Shown: positions 48,990-59,242 of the stretch, one piece after another
How positions within the stretch are numbered: the stretch's first letter is position 1
Layout of the letters: every line of letters begins with the position of its first letter
Assembly (NCBI GenBank): GCA_036555645.1
Contig: DATBLA010000185.1
Location: forward strand, 17,694 to 81,693
DNA length: 64,000 nucleotides
Source of the DNA: Actinomycetota bacterium
GTDB lineage: Bacteria > Actinomycetota > UBA4738 > HRBIN12
Direction of reading: 5' to 3'
The notes under the pieces: generated by a model
Databases searched by the model: none
Seen by the model: only the letters and a program-made list of their open reading frames with translations
What the model was told of the DNA's origin: nothing
Translations under genes and position numbers: made by a program

Positions 48990-49787
48990 GTGCCATCTGC
49001 CGAGACCCTCGTGCGGGTGGGCGTGAAGATGGTGGCCCTGCCGCTCGGCGCCGCCTCGCGCAGGCAGGCCGGCGACGTGGTGATCCTGTGCTACCACCGC
49101 GTCGCCGACAGTCCGAGAGAGATCGACGTGCCGCCGGCGCGGTTCGCCGACCAGCTCGACGCCGTGTCGTCGGGCGGCCGGGTGCGATCCCTCGACGACG
49201 CGCTGTCGGGTTCGGAGGGCGGCGTGGTGCTCACGTTCGACGACGGGTTCCGCGACTTCCACGACGTCGTCCTCCCTGCCCTCGTCGAGCGGGGCATGCC
49301 CGCGCTGCTGTACCTGGCGACGGGATTCGTCGACGTCGGCGACCCCAGGACCGGCATCGGGCCGGACGGTGCGCTCTCCTGGACGATGCTGGAGGAGGCC
49401 ACGTCGACGGGGCTCGTCACGGTGGCATCGCACACGCACGATCACGTCGACCTGTCGAAGGCCGGCGATGCCGAGGCGGAGGAGCAGATGCGGCGCTCGA
49501 AGGAGCTCATCGAGGATCGCCTGGGGCGTTCGTGCACGCACTTCGCCTACCCCTGGGGACGGGCCTCGGCGGCCTCGGACGCGGTGGCCAGGCGGACGTT
49601 CCGCTCCGCGGCGCTCGACTCGTGGCGCACGAACCGGCGCGATCGTCTCGACGCCCATCGGCTCGGACGAACGCCGGTGTTCCGCAGCGACAGCGACGTG
49701 TTCATCCGAGCCAAGGCCCGGGGTCAGCTCGATGCCGAGGGCTATGCCTATCGCCTGCTGCGCAAGGGTCCATGGGCGCCGTCGTGA
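48990..49787 (+). CDS. Polysaccharide deacetylase family protein
   Basis: VVLTFDDGFRDF...ASHTHDHVDL NodB motifs. Confidence 0.75.
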   Translation: MPSAETLVRVGVKMVALPLGAASRRQAGDVVILCYHRVADSPREIDVPPARFADQLDAVSSGGRVRSLDDALSGSEGGVVLTFDDGFRDFHDVVLPALVERGMPALLYLATGFVDVGDPRTGIGPDGALSWTMLEEATSTGLVTVASHTHDHVDLSKAGDAEAEEQMRRSKELIEDRLGRSCTHFAYPWGRASAASDAVARRTFRSAALDSWRTNRRDRLDAHRLGRTPVFRSDSDVFIRAKARGQLDAEGYAYRLLRKGPWAPS

Positions 49788-51637
49788 CCCGGCCGAGCTC
49801 CCCGGCGGGACCCGCGGGGCGCGATCCCGCCCGGGCGCCGGTGCGTGTGGCCCACGTCACCACCGTGGACGCGACGCTGTGGATGTTGCTGCTCGGCCAG
49901 CTGCGGGGTCTGCGCGACGAGGGGTTCGAGGTCACGACGATCAGCGCCCCCGGGTCCCAGGTGCCGCGTCTGCGGGCGGAGGGGTTCGAGCATGTCGCGT
50001 GGCGGAACGCCACCCGCGCGTGGGACCCGGCGGCCGACGCGCGCGCGTTCGTCGAGCTGGTGCGGATCTTCCGACGCAATCGGTTCGACGTCGTTCACAC
50101 GCACAACCCGAAGCCCGGGATCCTCGGCAGGGTGGCCGCTCGCCTGGCGGGCGTGCCGATCGTCGTGAACACCGTGCACGGCTACTGGGCCGCCCCGGAG
50201 GATCCCCCGCGGCGGCGGCTCCCGGTGATGTCGGCGGAGTGGCTCGCCGCCAGGTTCAGCGACGCCGAGCTGTTCCAGAGCGCCGAGGATCTCGCGTGGG
50301 CGCGCCGGCTTCGGCTCGTGGCTCCGCCCCGGGCGCGCCTTCTCGGGAGCGGGACGGATCTGTCGAGGTTCGACCCGGCCAGCCTCGATCCCGGTCGGCT
50401 CGCGGCGCTCCGGGCCGAGCTCGGACTGCCCGAGGGCGGCCTCGTCGTCGGGATGATCGGTCGGATGGTGCGCGAGAAGGGCTTCGTCGAGTTCTTCGAG
50501 GCCGCGCGCGCCATCCGAGCACGGCGGCGGGACGTCTCGTTCCTCGTGGTCGGTCCGACCGACCGGCACAAGGACGACGCCATCTCGGAGCACGATCGTG
50601 CCGCGTCGGGCGAGGACGTCGTGTTCGCCGGCTGGCGCTGGGACATCCCCGAGATGCTCGGCCTCATGGACGTCTTCGTGTTGCCCTCCTGGAGAGAGGG
50701 CCTGCCTCGTTCGCCGATCGAAGCGGCAGCGATGGGCAAGGCGATGGTGCTCTCGGACATCCGAGGGTGTCGCGAGGTGGCGCGGGACGAGCGCGAGGCG
50801 CTGCTCGTTCCGCCCCGGGATGCGGTCGCCCTCACGCGGGCGATCGAGCGGCTCCTGGAGGACGACGCGCTCCGCGCGAGCCTCGGAGCGGCGGCCCGAG
50901 ACCGGGCGCTCGACCGGTTCGACGAGCGAGCCGTGGCGCGACGGGTCGTCGAGACGTATCGGGACCTGCTGCCGCGGCCGGCCGTCGCGCCGAGGCAGGT
51001 CGATCAGCCCGGGCTTCGCGAGGTGGCGATCCGCGAGGCGACCCGGGCCGACGCGCCGGTCATCGCGTCGATGCATCGTTCGGTGATGAATCCCAAGGCG
51101 TTCCTGCCGAGCCTCGGCCCCACGTTCATGCGCCTGCTCTTCCTCGCCCTGATCGAGGACCCGGCGGCGCCGGTGCACGTGGCGATCCGGGAAGGCGAGA
51201 TCGTCGGGTACACGGCCGGGGTCGTCTCCATGTCGGGGTTTCGACGCAGGTTCGTCCGGCGGTACGGCGTTCGCGCCGGGATGTCGGTGGCGCCCGCCCT
51301 CCTGCGGCCGGGTGTGGTGCGCCGGGCCGTCGAGATCTTCCGATACCCGGAGGCGACCCGGGATCTGCCGCAGGCCGAGCACGCGTTCCTGGGGGTCCGG
51401 CAGCAGGGCAAGGGTCTCGGGCCCATCCTCACGAAGACGACGCTCGAGTCGCTCGAGGACCTCGGGGTGGCCGAGGTGAAGGGCTACGTCCAGGCGACGA
51501 ACGTCCCCATGAACAAGATGATGCTGCGCGTGGGGTGGGAGCCCCGCGGGGAGATCACGATCCACGACGGCGTGCCGAGCGTCCTTTACGTCTACCGATG
51601 CCATTCCTCATCGCCCTCGGAATCGGACTCGCGCTGA
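49772..51637 (+). CDS. Glycosyltransferase family 4 fused to C-terminal GNAT acetyltransferase domain (alternative start GTG 49784)
   Basis: N-terminal GT4 (HTHNPKPGILG...VFVLPSWREGLPRSPIEAAAMGKAMV) then about 200 aa GNAT-like region (HAFLGVRQQGKGLGPIL). Embedded in artefactual 1142-aa track ORF. Confidence 0.65.
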   Translation: MGAVVTRPSSPAGPAGRDPARAPVRVAHVTTVDATLWMLLLGQLRGLRDEGFEVTTISAPGSQVPRLRAEGFEHVAWRNATRAWDPAADARAFVELVRIFRRNRFDVVHTHNPKPGILGRVAARLAGVPIVVNTVHGYWAAPEDPPRRRLPVMSAEWLAARFSDAELFQSAEDLAWARRLRLVAPPRARLLGSGTDLSRFDPASLDPGRLAALRAELGLPEGGLVVGMIGRMVREKGFVEFFEAARAIRARRRDVSFLVVGPTDRHKDDAISEHDRAASGEDVVFAGWRWDIPEMLGLMDVFVLPSWREGLPRSPIEAAAMGKAMVLSDIRGCREVARDEREALLVPPRDAVALTRAIERLLEDDALRASLGAAARDRALDRFDERAVARRVVETYRDLLPRPAVAPRQVDQPGLREVAIREATRADAPVIASMHRSVMNPKAFLPSLGPTFMRLLFLALIEDPAAPVHVAIREGEIVGYTAGVVSMSGFRRRFVRRYGVRAGMSVAPALLRPGVVRRAVEIFRYPEATRDLPQAEHAFLGVRQQGKGLGPILTKTTLESLEDLGVAEVKGYVQATNVPMNKMMLRVGWEPRGEITIHDGVPSVLYVYRCHSSSPSESDSR

Positions 51638-52563
51638 CCCCCCTGCTGGCCCGCGTCGGGCGGGCGGCGGGGCTGGTCGATCACCCCTCGGGGAGCGCTC
51701 TCAAGATCCACGCCGAGCCGCGGCCGCTCACCGGTGGGATCGCGATCGTGTTCGCGACCCTGATCGCGCAGGCGATCGGGCGGGGCGAGGTCGAGTCGTG
51801 GACGGCCGGGATCGTCGTCCTGCTCGTCCTGGGAGTGGTCGACGACCTCGTGTCGCTTCCCGCGGTCGTCCGGTTGCTGGGCGAGGTGGCGGCCGGCGTC
51901 GCCCTCGCCCTCGCCGGACTGACGCTGTCGCCGCTGGGAGACGCCGGACCGGTCGTCCTCGCGCTGGCCGTGCTCGCGCTGGCGAACGCCGTGAACTTCG
52001 TGGACGGGCAGGACGGCCTGGCCGGCGGCCTCGCGACGGCGTCGGCGCTCGGCGTCACGGCGATTCTCGCCTCGCAGGGGTCCGTCGGCGACCTGGGGCC
52101 CGCACTCGTCGCCTCCCTGCTGGCGTTCCTCGTGTGGAACCGACCTCCGGCGAGCGTGTTCCTCGGCGACGGCGGCGCGTACGCGGTGGCCGGTCTGCTC
52201 GTCGTCCTCGCCTCCTCCGCCGCGACGTCGTGGGAGGCGCTGCTTGGTGTGCTCGTGTGCATGACGCCGTTCGTCGTCGAGCTCGTGAGCACGATCGTGC
52301 GCCGGCTCGTCACCCGATCGGCCATGACGTCCGGCGATCGCTCGCACCTGTACGACCTCCTCGCGATCCGCCTGGGCGGACGCGAGCGTTCCACCGGCGT
52401 CATCGTGGGGGTCGGGATCTGTGTGTCCGCCCTCGGTCTGCTCGTTGCCGAGATCCCGCTCCTCGGGGGCGTCGCGATCACGCTCGCGATCGCGATCGCG
52501 AGCGCCGTCGGCGTCCGCGTGCTCTGGACGACGACATCGAAGCCGGTACGGCGTTCGCAGTAG
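51598..52563 (+). CDS. Glycosyltransferase family 4 polyprenol-phosphate sugar-1-phosphate transferase (WecA/MraY-like)
   Basis: Multi-TM. NAVNFVDGQDGLAGG and VFLGDGGAYAVAG motifs. 40-bp overlap with preceding gene. Confidence 0.75.
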   Translation: MPFLIALGIGLALTPLLARVGRAAGLVDHPSGSALKIHAEPRPLTGGIAIVFATLIAQAIGRGEVESWTAGIVVLLVLGVVDDLVSLPAVVRLLGEVAAGVALALAGLTLSPLGDAGPVVLALAVLALANAVNFVDGQDGLAGGLATASALGVTAILASQGSVGDLGPALVASLLAFLVWNRPPASVFLGDGGAYAVAGLLVVLASSAATSWEALLGVLVCMTPFVVELVSTIVRRLVTRSAMTSGDRSHLYDLLAIRLGGRERSTGVIVGVGICVSALGLLVAEIPLLGGVAITLAIAIASAVGVRVLWTTTSKPVRRSQ

Positions 52564-52672
52564 CGGACGTACGCCGGCCAAGCCTTGGTCGCGAGTGTGG
52601 TGACTCGTACCTTCGAAGGAAAGGAGTGCCCGTTCATGCGGCTCGAACGATCAACCGAAGAGGTGTCCATCC

Positions 52673-53878
52673 ATGCGGGTTGAAGAGGCTCGGGACCGAC
52701 GTCCGGCGGCCCTCGGGGGGGCTCCGATGTTCCCCGACGGCCTGCCGCTGGCACGCCCGCGGATCGCCGATCCCGGCCGGCTCGCTCGCGAGCTCGAGCG
52801 CATCGTCTCGAGCGAGGTGCTGACGAACGGGCCCACCGTGGAGCGCCTGGAAGCCCGGGCCGCCGACTATCTCGGGGTGCGTCACTGCATCGCCGTCGCC
52901 TCGTGCACGACGGGGCTGATGCTCGTCCTTCGCGCCGCGGAGGTGTCGGGCGACGTGATCGTGCCGTCGTTCACGTTCGCCGCGACCGCGCACGCCGTCG
53001 CGTGGAGCGGGCTGCGTCCGGTGTTCGCGGACGTCGATCCGGAGACGCTCACGCTGTCCCCGCTGTCCGCCGAACGCGCGATCGGCGTTCGCACGTCCGC
53101 GATCCTCGCGACGCACATCTTCGGGGCGCCGTGTGATGTCGAGGGTCTGGCGGGTGTCGCCAGGCGCAACGGCATCTCGCTGTTCTTCGACGCGGCGCAC
53201 GGCTTCGGGGCCAAGCGCGCGGGGACGATGGTCGGCGGATCAGGGGCGGCGGAGGTCTTCAGCCTCACGCCGACGAAGACGCTGATCGCGGGCGAGGGCG
53301 GCATCATCGCGACGAACGACGATCTCCTGGCGGAGCGCTGCCGGATCGGCCGGAACTACGGGAACCCGGGTGACTACGACTGCCGGTTCGTCGGCCTGAA
53401 TGGCAGGATGTCCGAGCTTCACGCCGCGGTGGCGCTGGCATCCTTCGACGACCTCGAAGAGCGGATCGCCCGCCGCAACGAGCTCGCGGCCCGGTACCGC
53501 GAGGTGCTGGCGACCGTCCCCGGCGTCGAGTTCCCGCTCGTCCGCGATGACGACCGGTCCACGTACAAGGATCTGTCGATCCTGGTCGACGACCGCGCGT
53601 TCGGGTTGACGGCCGACGGCCTGGCCGAGGCGCTGGAGGCCGAGGGCATCGAGACCCGGAGGTACTACGCGCCGCCGGTGCACCGGATGCGCTCCTATCG
53701 AGCGGTGGCCGCGGGCGTCGACCTGCCGGTGACCGACGCCGCCGCGGCCGAGTCCCTGTCGATCCCGCTGTGGACCGACATGACCGAGGACCAGGTGGCG
53801 CAGGTCGGCGAGGCCATCCGCACGATCGGCGAGCAGTTGGGCCGTGTCGGCGCGGTCACCGCCTCACCCGACGACTGA
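52673..53878 (+). CDS. DegT/DnrJ/EryC1/StrS-family sugar aminotransferase
   Basis: FSLTPTKTLIAGEGG PLP-lysine region and overall 401-aa architecture. Confidence 0.85.
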   Translation: MRVEEARDRRPAALGGAPMFPDGLPLARPRIADPGRLARELERIVSSEVLTNGPTVERLEARAADYLGVRHCIAVASCTTGLMLVLRAAEVSGDVIVPSFTFAATAHAVAWSGLRPVFADVDPETLTLSPLSAERAIGVRTSAILATHIFGAPCDVEGLAGVARRNGISLFFDAAHGFGAKRAGTMVGGSGAAEVFSLTPTKTLIAGEGGIIATNDDLLAERCRIGRNYGNPGDYDCRFVGLNGRMSELHAAVALASFDDLEERIARRNELAARYREVLATVPGVEFPLVRDDDRSTYKDLSILVDDRAFGLTADGLAEALEAEGIETRRYYAPPVHRMRSYRAVAAGVDLPVTDAAAAESLSIPLWTDMTEDQVAQVGEAIRTIGEQLGRVGAVTASPDD

Positions 53879-53940
53879 TCCGATCGGGCAGACCGCGCCC
53901 GCTCGAGGCGGCTCGCTCGTCCCGTCACCACCATCCACTC

Positions 53941-54804
53941 ATGCCAACCGACCGCTCCTACCGTGTCCTCGCCTACGAGTTTCGGATCGCGTCACCGCGC
54001 GGCCCGGGAGCGTTCCTTCACCGGATGCTCGCGCCGTTCGAGGACGAGGTGGCGTCCGACGCGGCTCGGTACGACTTCGCCCGGGAGCCGTCCGAGGCCA
54101 AGCCGTGGGTCGTCTACCTCGACGGTGAATGCATGCGGCGCGGGACGACACAGGATCCCGTGCTCGAGTTCGCGACGTGGCACATCAGCAACCGGGCGAT
54201 CGCGTCCGATCACGGCTTCTTCGCCGTCCACGCGGCGGCCGCCGCCCGAGGAGGCGCGGGTGTCCTGTTGCCCGGCCCTCCCGACGCCGGCAAGAGCACG
54301 CTCGTCGCCGCGCTGACCCGGGCGAGCTTCTCCTACCTCACGGACGAGGCGGCGCTGGTGGACCCGGTGGACGGGCTCCTGCATCCGTTCCCGAGGTCGC
54401 TCGGGCTGGACCGGGCATCCGTCGAGGCGGTCTTCGGCCCCGGCGCGCAGCCGAAGTGGCGGACGGGCCGGCAGTTCCACGTGCGACCCTCGGATCTGAG
54501 GCCCCGCGCCATCGGGAGGCCCAGCCCCGTCCGGTTCGTCATCGCCCCCCGATACGAGGCGGGTGCGGTCACGGTGCTCGAGCCAATGAGCCGCGCCGAG
54601 GCCGTCATGGTCCTGGCTCGCAACGCGTTCCATCTGGACCGGTTCGGTGGGGCGGGGATCGATCTGCTCGGACGTGTGGTGCTGCAGGCTTCCTGTTATC
54701 GCCTGTGCGTGGGAGACCTGGACGACGCGGTCGACGCGGTCAGCTCGGTGGTCGAGGCGGGGCGCCGGAGACGACCGCGGTCCGCGCGTGAAGGGGCGAT
54801 CTAG
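53941..54804 (+). CDS. HPr-kinase-C-like P-loop protein
   Basis: FFAVHAAAAARGGAGVLLPGPPDAGKSTLVAALTRASFSYLTDEAALV resembles HprK C-terminal kinase domain as found in RiPP/lasso tailoring kinases. Confidence 0.55.
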   Translation: MPTDRSYRVLAYEFRIASPRGPGAFLHRMLAPFEDEVASDAARYDFAREPSEAKPWVVYLDGECMRRGTTQDPVLEFATWHISNRAIASDHGFFAVHAAAAARGGAGVLLPGPPDAGKSTLVAALTRASFSYLTDEAALVDPVDGLLHPFPRSLGLDRASVEAVFGPGAQPKWRTGRQFHVRPSDLRPRAIGRPSPVRFVIAPRYEAGAVTVLEPMSRAEAVMVLARNAFHLDRFGGAGIDLLGRVVLQASCYRLCVGDLDDAVDAVSSVVEAGRRRRPRSAREGAI

Positions 54805-55499
54805 AAGACGGCGTCGGTGCGGTCGCCGTCGACGTCGTCGGCCGGGCCGTCGTCGCCCTCGTCCTCCGGGTCGCTCCCGTCGTGCGTCTGACCGCTCTCG
54901 TCGCCCTCGTCTTCCTCGTCCCGGACGTCGCCGTCGGACTCGGGCTCCTCATCGGTCCCGCCCTCGACGTCGCCGACCGTTCCGCTGCAACAGATCGTAA
55001 GCTCGACGCCGGAGATGCCCTGATTCTGACCATGGGGACCGGACGGACACGGTGTGAACAGCCAGGTGTTCGGCCCGATCTCCTGCGGCGATGTGCAGCC
55101 GCTGCTGCCGCACTTCGAGGCCCCGTCGACCAGCGTGCACCCGCTTGCGATCGTGACCGTGATCGTTCCGGTGTCGTCGTTCGGCGTCCGCGCGCTTGCC
55201 GCGACGAAGCCGCAACCACCATCGTCTCCGGTCTCTGGGTCGATGCAGTGATACCCGTTCGGGTTCTGCTCGGGCGAGCACCCGCCGCCCGTGCTGATCT
55301 TGACGGAGTAGCAGGCCTCCTGCGGAGTCCCCGCGTAGGCCGTCGCCGGGTTGATCGTCTGGATAACCGGAGCGGCCCACGCCGCAGCTCCGGCCACGGC
55401 CGCGCCGCGCAACACCTGGCGCCGGCTGACCCCCCGTTCGTCCGAATCGACGTGCTCGACCACGCGTCCTCCGCCACGAGGATCGTCGTGTCCCCGCAC
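54801..55499 (-). CDS. Tat-signal secreted Cys-rich protein with long acidic C-terminal tail
   Basis: SRRQVLRGAAVAGAAAWAAP twin-arginine signal. At least 10 Cys in about 130 aa. D/E-rich tail (DEEPESDGDVRDEEDEGDESG...). Convergent, 4-nt overlap with 53941 gene. Confidence 0.5.
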   Translation of the reverse strand: MRGHDDPRGGGRVVEHVDSDERGVSRRQVLRGAAVAGAAAWAAPVIQTINPATAYAGTPQEACYSVKISTGGGCSPEQNPNGYHCIDPETGDDGGCGFVAASARTPNDDTGTITVTIASGCTLVDGASKCGSSGCTSPQEIGPNTWLFTPCPSGPHGQNQGISGVELTICCSGTVGDVEGGTDEEPESDGDVRDEEDEGDESGQTHDGSDPEDEGDDGPADDVDGDRTDAVF

Positions 55500-55609
55500 G
55501 GACCTACCGTACCCGCGGCACCCAGGGCGCAGATGCGTCGTCCAGCGTGTTTTTCCTACGGGCAGCGGCCGTGGCCGACGGGCAACACCTGGTCCACCAT
55601 CTCCCTTGT

Positions 55610-55864
55610 ATGGATACGCAACTCCGGCCGGCCGATCGGCCCGATCGAGCGACCCGGCCCATCCCGTTCACGCGCGAGCGCGCGGCCACCGAGCTGACCC
55701 GCGCTCGGAGCCAGCTCGCGGACGCGCTGGGGTCGCTGGAGCTCGCGCTGGTCATCCTCCGAACGCTGCCCGATGTGGGCGAGCGCTGGCAGCTCGTTGC
55801 CGCCGAAGGGGTTCTGGCCCGGCTCGAGGAAGCCCGGCTGGCCCTGGACCGCGCCGGGATCTGA
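55610..55864 (+). CDS. Small hypothetical protein (85 aa)
   Basis: High GC3 ORF, predicted helical. No recognisable family. Confidence 0.3.
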   Translation: MDTQLRPADRPDRATRPIPFTRERAATELTRARSQLADALGSLELALVILRTLPDVGERWQLVAAEGVLARLEEARLALDRAGI

Positions 55865-55943
55865 ACGACGCCGACTCCCTGCTCACCGCCCGCGGTGGTT
55901 CGCCGTCGCTCGTTTGACCCCTGGCAGTCTCGCCGATATCCTG

Positions 55944-55970
55944 TTAGCACTCACAGCAGCCGAGTGCTAA
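55944..55970 (+). promoter_or_regulatory. CIRCE element (HrcA operator)
   Basis: Perfect TTAGCACTC-N9-GAGTGCTAA 16 nt upstream of groES. Confidence 0.9.
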
Positions 55971-55985
55971 CGCCAAGGAGGGACA

Positions 55986-57994
<2,009 letters not shown>

Positions 57995-58186
57995 CCGCGC
58001 CTCGAGCGCCTCCCGGTCCGGGTGAGCCGACCCATCGCGTCCGCCTGATGGGGCGACTCCTGCGTGGTTTCGTCCGTTCGTCGTAGCCGAACTACGCAGG
58101 TCGACCCTTCCGGCGCGGGGTTGCCTGACGGACGCTTCGTGCTCGCCGTGGTTCGGCGTAGGTCGCCCGCCCCAGGAGCATCCACG

Positions 58187-59242
58187 TTGAGGGTTCTCGT
58201 CACCGGACATGAGGGATACATCGGCGTCGTCCTGACGGACGTGTTCGCCCGTGCCGGACACGAGGTCGTCGGACTGGATGCCGGCTGGTACCGCGGATGC
58301 ACGTTCGGAGCCGAGCCCGCGGCCGTCGAGTCGCTCTCGCTCGATCTCCGCGACGTCGAGCCGCGGCATCTGGAGGGGTTCGACGCGGTGGTGCACCTCG
58401 CGGCGATCTCGAACGATCCACTGGCCGATCTCGATCCCGAGACGACCTACGACGTGAACCACCGAGCGTCGGTCCGGCTGGCGCGGCTCGCGAAGCGGGC
58501 GGGCGTGGGGCGGTTCGTCTTCTCGTCCTCGTGCAGCCTGTACGGGACCGCGGATCCGGGTGTGCTCGTCGACGAGGACGCGCCGATGCGGCCGATCACT
58601 CCGTACGGGGAGTCGAAGGTGCTCGTGGAACGCGACGTCTCCGCGCTCGCCGACGATCACTTCAGCCCCGTCTTCCTGCGCAACGCCACGGTCTACGGCG
58701 TGTCCCCTCGGCTCCGGCTCGACCTCGTCGTGAACAACCTCGCCGGGTTCGCCTTCACGACCGGCGAGGTCCTCGTCATGAGCGACGGGACGCCCTGGAG
58801 GCCGCTCGTCCACATCGAGGACGTGTGCCGGGCGTTCCTGGCCGTGGTGGAGGCTCCCCGGGCAGCCGTGCACGACGAGGCGTTCAACGTGGGCCGCAGC
58901 GAGGAGAACCATCAGGTCAGCGAGCTCGCCGACATCGTGGCTCGCGCGCAGCCCGGGAGCCGGGTCGTGTACGCGCCCGGGGGCGGTCCCGACCCGAGGA
59001 CGTACCGAGTGGACTTCTCGAAGCTGTCGCGCGCGCTCCCGGATCTGCGGATGACGTGGGCGGTCGAGGCGGGAGTCGAGGAGCTGGTGTCGGCCTATGC
59101 CCGGGAGGGGCTGTCGATGAACGACGTCACGGGGCCGCGGTACACGCGGATCCGGCGCATCCAGGAGCTCAAGGCGGCGGGGCGGCTCGACGGCGCGCTT
59201 CGGTGGGACCGCGCGCGCGCTCAGGCGCGGGCGATGCCATGA
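58187..59242 (+). CDS. NAD-dependent nucleotide-sugar epimerase/dehydratase (TTG start inferred)
   Basis: VLVTGHEGYIGVVL Rossmann, YGESK catalytic motif. Confidence 0.75.
   Translation: MRVLVTGHEGYIGVVLTDVFARAGHEVVGLDAGWYRGCTFGAEPAAVESLSLDLRDVEPRHLEGFDAVVHLAAISNDPLADLDPETTYDVNHRASVRLARLAKRAGVGRFVFSSSCSLYGTADPGVLVDEDAPMRPITPYGESKVLVERDVSALADDHFSPVFLRNATVYGVSPRLRLDLVVNNLAGFAFTTGEVLVMSDGTPWRPLVHIEDVCRAFLAVVEAPRAAVHDEAFNVGRSEENHQVSELADIVARAQPGSRVVYAPGGGPDPRTYRVDFSKLSRALPDLRMTWAVEAGVEELVSAYAREGLSMNDVTGPRYTRIRRIQELKAAGRLDGALRWDRARAQARAMP

Noticed and set aside
49736-49805. Apparent 1-nt inconsistency between my manual codon reading of the printed sequence (GAGGGG at the 49740/49741 line break) and the ORF-track translations around the deacetylase stop and the GT4-GNAT start
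   Set aside because: Most likely my own miscount at a line break. Downstream coordinates (e.g. ATG 52673) agree with the track, so I treated the ORF track coordinates as authoritative and did not report a frameshift.
48209-51637. 1142-aa plus-strand ORF, plus similar long frames 49369..52563, 39384..42212, 58297..60531 and 59307..61295
   Set aside because: Each is an open frame that reads through upstream genes in a different frame. Only the downstream portion with a recognisable fold and its own start codon is real (GT4-GNAT, WecA-like, ligase, methyltransferase, rfbF).
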